A stretch of DNA of 64,000 nt, from NCBI GenBank assembly GCA_973895155.1, contig OZ316891.1, forward strand, positions 27,689,561 to 27,753,560, written 5' to 3'. The stretch is from Marsupella aquatica. Lineage: Eukaryota; Plantae; Marchantiophyta. Under the pieces are notes generated by a model. It did no database searches and was not told where the DNA came from. It worked only from the letters and a program-made list of their open reading frames with translations. How positions within the stretch are numbered: the stretch's first letter is position 1; each line of letters opens with the position of its first letter. Made by a program: the position numbers and the translations under genes. Of the stretch, positions 54,230 to 64,000 are shown one piece after another.

Positions 54230-54438
54230 TTCCAGGCTTGAGGCGTGGGACGAAGGTATATCATGTATAGGGTAATGCAGGTCTGGGTGTAGGGTTATTA
54301 GGCTGTAACCCTGTGTCCGGAATATGAAAAGAAATTGACCGGCAACAGCCGGGAAGCTTCTTTGAATATTTCGAGAGCAGGTTACAGCCTATAACCCCAG
54401 CCCTGCCCTGCATTAGCATACGTAACTCTTGCCTGGAA
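54230..54438. other. Long imperfect inverted repeat / fold-back (pre-miRNA or MITE candidate)
   Basis: Arm taatgcaggtctgggtgtagggttattaggctgtaaccctg..gaatat..aaagaa..ccggc, 4-nt loop aaca, arm gccgg..ttctttgaatatt..caggttacagcctataaccccagccctgccctgcatta. Outer pair ttccaggc / gcctggaa. Confidence 0.7.
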
Positions 54439-54984
54439 AGAGGTTACCGACTCAACTTTTTAGGACACCAGATTATGACTATAGCAGGTCCCTGTAAAAA
54501 TGGTTACACACCTGTAATCTCTTCTCCTGACAGAATTTACGTGTACACTAAAAATTCAGTGTTTATACCAAACTTCTTAAAATATCCTTAAAATTTTATA
54601 TGTCAAAATATGTATGGACCTTATGAGAGGTCTCTTGCAAATTCCCTGTCATGAGGTTGCTCACATCAGCATAACCAGCCACAAACATGACAGATACTAT
54701 TTTTTATAGTAACAAAAATGCACATCCATGTTTGTGGCAAGAATAATGTACTTTTTGGGGCACCATGCCATAAATATTAAACATAAAACAAACTAGAATA
54801 TAAAAGAAGAGATATCATTTAGTAAAATAAAATTACCATTTTGATGTTTGTCAATGATATATTAATGTTTCAAATCAGTACTTGTATTTTTTAATTGCTT
54901 GCAAGTTTGAAAAAATAACCAATCAATAAAAATGTACATAGTTAGAACCCTTTTGGCTCTACATTATAAAACTAAATAATCAAT

Positions 54985-55800
54985 CTCCTTAGTATTGATT
55001 AAATCTATCAATGTTTGATTCATTGAAAAACTCAAGATCAAGAAACTCATGACCTCTTTATGTCCTGATAAAATCTCTCAATGTCATATTTGTTGAGCAT
55101 AGACGATAATTGCAACGACAAGCCCACGAACCATTCAACACACAAGAGTCGACACAAAGAGATACGTGGTTCACCTCCACATGAGGTTACATCCACGGGA
55201 ACACATGAGAGTTTTATTGCACTCTAGGTTGTCCGACCATACCAAGCATTCACAACGCAAGCTCTCCCTATCTCTCAACTAGCTCCGTAACAATTAGCCT
55301 AAGTTCTCACTCTCCAAGCAAACACTCCTTAGATATAGAGTGTGCACAACATGACTAACCTAACCAAGTTTGCGACTAAAGTTAGCCTTAACTATGGTAC
55401 AGTCGTAACTCTAGACCTAAAAGTAAATCCTAACAACATTCATCGGAAAGCTAGAGTAAAGTTAGAAACTCATCATCTCTTTAGTACTTAACAAAATCTA
55501 TCAATGTTAGGCTCAATTGGAAAACTAGAGAAATTTGGATACTCATCATCTCTCTAATTCTTGATGAATACTCCCAATATCACACATTAGAAAGCTAGAG
55601 AGATGGAAATCCTCATGATCTTGTGACAAAATCTGACATGAAATTTGTCAATGTCAGACTCAATGTTGGAAAGCTAAACAAATTCATGAACTCATGATCA
55701 AAAATTCTTATTGTCACACTCATTGGATAGGCAGAGAAATTCAAAAATTCATTTGGAACTTGACAAAATTTGTCAATCTGAGGCTCATTGGAAACACTTC
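54985..55800. repeat. Degenerate ~70-bp satellite interrupted by a solo LTR
   Basis: aaatct.tcaatgt...ctcattggaaa.ctagag....gaaactcat recurs about 7 times. Confidence 0.75.
55091..55435 (+). mobile_element. Solo LTR (345 bp, TGTT...AACA, 5-bp TSD)
   Basis: Starts tgttgag and ends cctaaca; flanks atatt / acatt (one transition mismatch). Removing it restores a satellite unit. Strand is nominal. Confidence 0.8.
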
Positions 55801-56054
55801 TTGATTAAGAGATGTCACAATCTCGTCACCGTCACAAATTTAGTCATTGCAAATTGATTTATTCGATTATGTTGCCATCACCTATCTGCAATGCTTGTTT
55901 CCCGACTTGAATTGTTCACGTCCCTCCAATCTTCAACTAAAGTTCACTCTGAACACAGGTTGACGCCAAATGTAGCCTCTATGTTGAAGAAACAATCATT
56001 GGTCTCCCCCTCACACCATAGCTTTCTTAAATCAAAAGAACTACAAAACTTTCA

Positions 56055-56411
56055 TGTGGAATGATGGCTTGTCCATTTTGTGTGGTCTTCCCACCAAAAC
56101 GACAAGCGCTCTTTCACCCGACACCAAAAGATACGTGGTTCACCTTCCTCAAGGCTACATCCACGGGAACACACAAGAGCTTTACTAAGCTTTGGCCACC
56201 ACAGCCACACAAAGCCTCCTTGTACAAGCTCTCCTCCTAGCACCTAGCTAGCTCCCTCAACAAATGAATGAACATGAGTCTTCAAGTCAGAGCTCTCCTG
56301 GCCTAGCCCCTCTATATGCTAGATGCAAGTTGCGGCTAATCGCCATAACACCCTAATGGCATTTAGCCTAAGTAACAAGTGGTTAACCCAAGACTAGAGT
56401 TAACCCTAACA
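56055..56411 (+). mobile_element. Second LTR-like copy of the same family
   Basis: cgacaccaaaagatacgtggttcacc..ctacatccacgggaacaca is shared with 55091-55435 and it ends cctaaca; left end uncertain. Confidence 0.65.
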
Positions 56412-57609
56412 CTTGAATCTGGAATGGGATCTACACTAGTTAGGGAGAGATATGCTTAATAGACCTCCTACTTGAAAGACTACCTGATCAGCCCCCTTGA
56501 AACTTTTTTTTGCCTAGCCAACCCTCTCTTAATGAGCCCTACAGAATGTTCTTCTAAGAGTTCTTCTACAATGAGATTTTGGGTTAGGAGGACCAAACTG
56601 GGTAAATAGCGTCTATAGGCCTTTGAACCATGAACCCTTTCACTGTGACTATGCCCGGTCAAACTGCATGGCTTGCATGGTTATAATTAATCGTCATCGT
56701 GAATTGGGCAAGCTGCTCATTTTGGCGCATTCAGACCATAGAATTAGGATAATCAAATGCATTCATGTGAATGTAATCGAGCTTTGTCATAAAATTGTAT
56801 TTGACATTTTTTTCCCTTAGGTCTTGTTGAGACTTGATGTTTGAGGAGAGAGGAGGTTGGAGGAGAGAGCAGATGTGGTGGGGAAAAGCAACACCAAGGA
56901 CATAAGGTTTTGAGGAGCTAATGATGGCAAAGTTAAATCAAGTAAGACAGCTCTTATTAAAATTTATGTTGTGGATGATATGTAGGACTATCTTGTAAGA
57001 ATTGCTCAAGCTGTGTAGCTTTGTTCATACTTAGTTTTGTTGTTGTGGTGTGCACTTCCAAAGTTAGACCCTCTCCTATTCACTCCTAGATTATTTGGCA
57101 TTTGAGTTTAGGCTTTTTAGTGGAAAAGGTCATCTAGAATCTCAATTTTAGTCAAATTGACCGTGCATGAAACACGGGTGCTATGGTTGGGCATTATTTT
57201 AATTTTAAAAATTTGTTGAGGTAAGAGTAAATGTGTACCCAAAGGTAAGTGCTATGGGTTTGTTGCTTGTGGCTCATAATTATCCTCATTTTATTTGTCT
57301 TTGTGCCTTTGGAAGCTTTTCTCCTGGTTCAATGCTCCTTCCACTTTTGAGATGTCAAGTAGATTGGACTCCCTGTTTGTGGTTAAAGTAGACAATGATA
57401 ACAATGCCCCAAAACAAGGGGCTTCAGAAAGTATTTGCACCTAAAAACATTGTACTGCCATTACAGCCACAATGAGATTTAAAGTTGGAAAAAATACCAA
57501 TGGGCAGTCCAACTATGCAAGGGTAACTCAATATAACGATCGAGATACACCAGAAAATGCCCAAAAAATGTGGTGTGCATTTTAAGGGAACACACTGCAC
57601 AAAATAGAG

Positions 57610-57796
57610 ATTACATCTTGGGTAATACAACATAGTTTTTCTTAATGATATCTTGGGTAACATATATGGTATTTTATCTTAACGACATCTTGGGCAACAT
57701 GAAATATATTCTTTTAACGACATCTTGGGCAACACAATATCTTTTTTCTTAACGACATCTTGGGCGACTCAACATATTATTCTTCACGACATCTTT
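57610..57796. repeat. ~35-bp tandem array (6 units), conserved core with variable AT-rich linker
   Basis: Core cttaacgacatcttgggcaac repeated. Confidence 0.85.
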
Positions 57797-58001
57797 TGTG
57801 CAAGAGACGGATAGTGAGCTATTTCCATCTACAGCAAGGGCATTGGCCCACTGGCCCAATTTCAATGAAATCCAAAGGAAGACTCATAAGCAGTTCTTTA
57901 CAGTATGGAAAGAAACCGCGCAGTCGACTTCGCGATTGGTGCCCCCAACTGTGCAGTGGACTGTAGTTCTGCGAATTGATCGTTGACCATTCAAACGCCA
58001 T

Positions 58002-58009
58002 TTTCCCGC
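58002..58009 (+). promoter_or_regulatory. Canonical E2F site in the EME1 promoter
   Basis: TTTCCCGC just before the GA-rich leader; a second E2F-type TTTGGCGG lies in intron 1 (59534-59541). Consistent with an S-phase/repair gene. Confidence 0.5.
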
Positions 58010-58815
58010 TTTTATTCTCCGTCGCGTTCACTCTTCACTCTCGTCGGCCTCGAGGAATTGAGACACAGCGAGAGTGAGCGACAGAGTGAGAGAGAGAATT
58101 GATTGATGTTGAGCGGAGCGTTCCACGAGCAAGGAAGAATGAATCAGAGGGGGCAGGGATGCCCGAATCGACGGAATGGATGGGCAGAGAGACAATGAGG
58201 CAGAAATGGATTCAGATATCGCGAGGATCGAGGAAAGATTTCGTCATGAACGAGTAAGAGAATCACAACTGGACCCGTCAGTCTCTCAGCTCGATCGTTC
58301 CCTCCGCGTCGACGATTAGAGAGCTAGCGAGACTGCGAGAGAGAGGACTCCGAGGGGGTTGATTGAGGATGAGCTGAGTGTTTCATGAGCAAGGAAGAAT
58401 CGGAAGGATTCCCGAGGGATGGGTTGGAAGAGGGAATGAGGCAGAAAACGATCCTCATTCGATTTCTTCAAGAACCAGTAAAGGAATGACAACTCGTTCC
58501 AGTATTCCTGGGTTTTTTTGTGGTATAAGAGAATTGGATTCGCAGAGACTTCCTCGGTTGAACCACGGCCGATCTCGTTCATATGTTTGTAGGGTTCTTT
58601 GATTCCACCTTCTCGTATGTCGATGGTTTGCTGAAGAGGACTTGGAAGTTGTTATCAACTGATTGAAACGTGAAGTGGAGACAGCAGCGAGGCCTTAGAG
58701 CAGTCGATTGCGAGAGAGAGAAAGGGAGAGAGGCTGATAGTTCTGATGGAGCTTCGAGTGAGATGCAGAGGAACCCAGTGCATTGGATGGAGCTAGAGCC
58801 ATACAGCTTTGATTG

Positions 58816-61800
58816 ATGGCGCTGGAAGAGGATCATGACGAGGCACTGGTGGTGGACTGGAGGGCCGGTTCCTATTACACGGAGAAGTTGATCGTGGTGC
58901 CTCTGCCTGAGCAGCACCAGCAGAGCATTCTGCCGTTCAAGCAGAAGAAGGCCACATCGTCAGGTGATACGGCTACGACTAACAAAATGACGAGGATTGC
59001 AAATGCTACGGCTGAGTGTATGACAGTGGTTAAGAACGAAAGCCCGTTGAAAGCATCTGGTGGTGGTGGTGGGCATCGAATTGCTGCACCGGTGTTTTAT
59101 GAGTTGTCCGATTCGGATGGGACTCCGGTTCGTTCTCGCCCTCCAGCTCGACGTCCGGCCGAGCGCATAGCACCAATGGCCAAACCTGCGTCAATTTCTT
59201 GGAACGAGAAAGCTATCCCGGGTCTGGTGCGCTCCTCTTTGCATAGTTGATTCGTTTTTGTCACCACCTATCCTTACGTTGTTGTGTTTCCAGTGTGGCT
59301 GCGCGTCTCCCATGTTCGAACGGGGATGTAGAGGTTGCAATTGAGAGCTTGCAAGATAGACGGGATGAGAAACCGAGTTTAGAACCGTCTAGGCAATTTC
59401 GACGCGGGTACCTTGCGGTGAATTATCAGTTCTAACGGACAGCTAAGGGGATTGGATGGGACATATAGTATGGCTTTGCGGTTTATGCTATGCAATGCCA
59501 GTAACTATTAGCGAATCAGAGGCTGGTTCGCGTTTTGGCGGGGGAATTTCAGTATTGGATTGCTGCATGCCATTCATTTCTCATTTTAACTAGGATTCAC
59601 TGTAGACTAAGCTTTTGTCTCGTTTGGCGTAGTGTTTCGAATTCGTTATCCCGCGCATCATCACGTGCTTGCCGACTTTGAGATTTTCCTAAAATTTCAG
59701 TGTAACCCATAGACAATCGTCTAGCTGGATCTGTGCTCATCTAGCTTTATTGGTTGTTCCTCAGAAGTCTTCGTTATTGATTCTGATTCGGATGAAGAGG
59801 TCACCCGCAAGGCCACATTCAAATCCTCTGTAGGCTTGGAGAAACTCAGGCAACCAATTACGCAAGGAGGCTCGCAGGGGAAGGTTGACTCGCAAATCGT
59901 CGAACCCTCTGCAAAGGTGGAGAAACTCAGAGAATCTGTTTCGCAAGAAGGTTTGCTGGAGAGATCCACTTCTCTTGATGAGATGGGGATGGAGAGCTTG
60001 AAATTCTCTGGAATGGTGGATATGCTCAGAGAATCAGTTCCGCTGGGATGCATTCTAGGGAAGGAACCTTCTGTAGGTAGTAAGAGAATGATGGACTTGA
60101 CCTCCTGCGGGACAGATGTGCAGGTGGCCTTAGAAGCAGTGACAGCTTATGTAGCTGATCTTCCTACACGGTTTGAAGATGATTCCCAGACGGCCGGTCC
60201 GTCCATTACATTGTGCTCCAAACCAACCGGGATGAGGGTCGGCAATGTGGGTACATGCAATGATTATCCGCAGACCGTCTGTGGCTCTGATAAGCTCCTG
60301 GACTGTGCTGCTGAAGTTCCGAAGGTGATTGCTCCATCTGTGGAAGCGATAAGAGATTTCTTGCTAGGAACCGCTCCAGTCTGCGCCGGTGAGGAGGATA
60401 ACAAGATGAGCACTCCTTTTCGGCCAGCAATTCACGAATTGTCCAGTGATGACGATGGTTGCAACTCGGACCCAGAATGGCTGCACCACGACGGAAAGCC
60501 AATTTCCACAATGGGCGGCCGAAAAAGGGTGGGTTCTTTGCCTTACAATTGTGAAGATGGGGAGCAATTTCTGCCAAATCTAGGAGGAAACGGCGGGGTG
60601 AGCGATCGTATGGCGGGTGAGGAAAGGCCACTACGGAATCTACCTGGTTTCGAATCTCACGAGTACGGGCGGCAGAAGAAAAGGAGGAGCTCTCCTGTCC
60701 AGGGAGCGATTTTAAGTTTGTCCAGCGATGACGATGGCTGCGGTTCAGAACCGTCGTGGCTGCGCGATTATCAGCCAGTACCTATAAGGGGCAGCCTGAA
60801 CACTGGAGTTTCTTCGGCTTGCGAGTTTAGGGGTCAGGGAAGTCACGAGCAATTTTTGCCTACTTCAGTTGGAATCAGCGAGGTGGGCGATCATAGTGCG
60901 GGCAGGAGGAGACCGTTAATGCAAATACCCGGCTTCGAGTCTCCCGAGAAGTGGGAAACCCCCATTTCTTCAAGTGCGAACGATCTTGATTCTGCTGAGG
61001 AAGCGCCAAAGAAAAAACGTGGCAGAGCCAAAAAGTTACCAGTATCGGAAGACGAGCTGGCTGCCAGAGAAGCACAGAAGCAGAGAGAGCGGGAGTTGAA
61101 GAAAGCACGGCAAGAAGAGGAGAAGAGAGAAAGAGAACAGAAGAGAGAGGTACTTTTCTACTTTACGTACTTCTAAAATTTGAAAGGAGTGAGTTCTCCG
61201 ACAACAGACTCGCTGGGCGCCGGCTCAAATTGAGCCAAGTGAGTTCGTTCTACATTTTTTGAATGTTGGTAGTCAGAGCTAGAGCCTAGAGTATGATCTA
61301 TTTGTTTGAAGTCAATACGAAGGTGACGGTATAGACAATTTTTTGTACTTCCTGCCAGTGCCAGAGATGGCTCTCCGTGCCTTGCTTTGAAGTAGATCAT
61401 TTTTAGGATTTTTCACACCACAGCTTACATTGTCTTCAAATCGGTATTACAATAGGCATTCACCTACTTAGATCTGTCCGGTGCGTACTCTTAATGGCTT
61501 TTCATCTGTTCAGGTGTTTCTGGTTAATAATCACTTACTACAGTACACAAATCTACAAATGGTTCAACTAGATGGGAACTGAGACTTGGATTTTTTAGTC
61601 GTTTCTTTCCTGACACCCTATTATCTTGAGATGAGTATCGTTGCCTTTGGACCCTGTTATATCTCTCTCGGTAGCCAGGAGCCAACGACCGGTCCACGTT
61701 ATCATCGACACTGAACATCAGTTTAGGGAGACCTGCTTTCTCCACGATGGGTTATTGCGAATTGCAAATCCTTTTGTCAAATCTTAGCACGGCATTTTCT

Positions 61801-63953
61801 GGTGCAGGAGCTGAAAAGGCAGAAAGAAGCTTCAAAGGTGGACGCTGCAGACAAAAGGCGCACAGAGAAGGAGAGTGAAAAATGGAGAAAGGGGAAGTTT
61901 GCACTGCAGAACACAACAGTGTATCTCCATAACTCAGTAGTTGAGATGAACCCCTTGGGAGGTAAGTACCGGGTCGCTCTACAGTCTCTGTACGTGCTTG
62001 CCTTTGCTGTTCGTACTCGTAGTTTAGAAGTGGTTCGGTAGGCATATTTTTTGCCTTCTTTTGCCCTCAAGTGCAAGCTTTTTGTATCCGAGTGGGTGCT
62101 GATGGTGCTGCTTTATCGAAAAAGACGTGGATGAGAATGTGTTTCCTAATGATGTGAGCGATGTGAGCAGCTCTCCTAGTAGGTGAACTTTGTGCAAAAC
62201 GTTACGCTTACAAATGTGAAGATCTTCCAATCAAGAACGTCATTATATGGAGAATGAAGCGGCCTTCGGCAGATTCTCAGGTAGAGACAGAGGGACTTGG
62301 AAGTCAGGCAGACGGCGTAATGAACTCACAACTCAGTACCTCTCAGGTATGACATGTTCTAAGGATTTCGGAACCGGTGCTTGTCCTGGGGTGTGTAATC
62401 TTTCTTTCAAGGGGAAAGCATTCTCGTTTTTTGAGATGGTCAGTATCCTGTGTGTAGCAGATGAAGGTGGGACAAGGAAAGTATGGAAGTAGCCACTATT
62501 GAACAAAGTACTTCCTGGTCTTTTACAGGTGGCAGTTGGGGACGTGGAAATGGAATATGTGGTTGTTGTGTACCAAGGCGAAGACTTCGCAAAACTTGTG
62601 GCAGAGAAAAGACACGAGGCTGATATCTCTACGATTCGGAAGCAATACCCCACATACTATATCTGTTACCTCATCAGCGGCTTAAAGAAGTATTTAAAGA
62701 AGATGTAGGTCGGCATACGTATATATTTTTCTTTCCCCTTAAATTTGTTTGGCAAAGCCTAGATTTGTACTTGCCTTTTTCATGAAACTTTGGGCACTCA
62801 TTCTTTGATTTCAGATGAGCACTTTCCTCTAGACTAAGACGTTCCTTCCTCTTTACACTAGTAAAGCCGAGATTGCAGGCAACTAATTTAAAGCGAAACT
62901 GACATTGGTACGGATATGTTTTATGTAGGGAGCAAAAGCAATATAAGACAGGTGATCAACGCTGGACACGGCCAAATGTTGAGCAGGTCAGTTGTGTTTG
63001 ATTTTCTGCTACGAGAACTCTTGAAAAGTTCATGCAGAGTGTTTGACTACAAAATTGACACTGACATACTTCGTAATATTGTGCCTCCCTGTTTCTACAT
63101 CTAGGTATCGTCGTTACTATCGTGCGCTTACTTGTTGCCGGCCAATCAGAGAAATAGTACAGTGCATTGTGAACACGATCTATATGCAACATCGTAACGG
63201 TTTGATTGCTGATAAACTAAATGTACTTGATTAATGTATGAAGGGATCTCTTTCCTAATGCTCATTAATATCCTTCTTGACAGGTTCTAGCAGAGTTCAT
63301 TACACATCACCATGGTGTCAACTTTCGCCTGTGTATAGATGAATCTGAGATTGCGGATTATGTAGCTGGATTAACTCGCAGTCTTGCTGAGTATCCGTTC
63401 AAGTATGTCCCACTTCATCCTCCCTCTCAATCGACTCTTATTCGAGATGATTCCTGTGTAGCGACTTTCTATACTCAAGAAGACAACTATCTTAGTTTTG
63501 GGAGTTTGTCGAGTTGGTACGTCAGTCAATAGTTTTGAACCCTGATCTACTAGTTTTCATGAGTAGTACTAGTGCCATCTCCAGTTTTCGGACATCGGAC
63601 ATCGATGTATGTGGGTCTTCGGAAGACGCCACAGCAATGAACCTAGTACTCTCACTTTACACTCTCTCCATAGCCATCCTTGCCATCCCTTTGGAATTCG
63701 TGACCGCTAAGTTGTTTGAATTATGACCTGCAAGAATGTTCCGAAAGCTCTAGTCATCACCCTCAACTCATCGGAATGGAACACAGAGTTCTGTTGCTGT
63801 AGACCATTCGTTTATGTCTTAAATCTTTCCTGCATTTTAAATGGTGTCTGATCTCGGATGCAGAAAAAAGTTGACTTCTATATCTGTTCAAGCTAATGGA
63901 GAGCACGTGAAGAAGGGTGATGCAAACTACCATATCATTAAGAAGAGTACTTG
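58816..63953 (+). CDS. EME1: Crossover junction endonuclease subunit EME1 (MUS81 partner), 3' end outside the window
   Basis: Exons 58816-59221, 59765-61149, 61808-61961, 62171-62346, 62529-62704, 62929-62986, 63284-63402, 63864-63953, all GT-AG and phase-compatible. K/E coiled coil, then KWRKGKFALQN..V.L...VVE...GALL, VIIWRM, YYICYLISGL, EQKQYK..WTRPNVEQVLA, CIDESEIADYVAGLTRSLA..F KKLT.ISV.ANG (ERCC4-like region). Start codon and exon 1 are less certain. Confidence 0.88.
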
Positions 63954-64000
63954 GTATGTCTGCTTCTAAGCCAGAGTTCAGTTTAAAGGGACCAAAAGAT

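Noticed and set aside
57610-57796. CRISPR-like look (conserved repeat plus variable spacer)
   Set aside because: Linkers are only ~14 nt, AT-rich and related to each other; the context is eukaryotic with no cas genes. It is a minisatellite.
61514-61582. Possible poison exon in EME1 intron 2 (good acceptor followed by an in-frame TGA)
   Set aside because: No convincing donor identified, and such cryptic acceptors are common; unsupported without RNA data.

Overview
Eukaryotic land-plant nuclear DNA, probably a bryophyte such as a liverwort (inferred from gene style, long GA/CT-rich leaders and transposon types). I assembled four host genes by hand from splice sites and reading frame. They are a 9-exon membrane-anchored (type B) hexokinase (- strand, 501 aa), a 23-exon importin-11/KA120 (- strand, 1011 aa, one GC-AG intron), an intronless plastid CP12 (- strand, 134 aa) and an EME1 crossover-junction endonuclease subunit (+ strand, cut off by the window end) with a very long, repeat- and SIM-rich N-terminus. 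Between them lie CpG-depleted transposon regions: an L1 3' fragment, a Mutator transposase relic, MITE-like elements, a family of four LTR-like copies and many tandem arrays. The main unexplained item is at the left end: an intact, intronless 808-aa ORF resembling retrotransposon accessory ORFs. It is bracketed by CpG-retaining TAAGATCG arrays and followed by an apparently decayed paralog, with no gag/pol visible. Other notable items are a CpG island carrying ten GTAC cores (five at 8-9 bp spacing) and a ~200-nt fold-back upstream of CP12. I found no rRNA, tRNA or CRISPR array. No database searches or folding programs were run.
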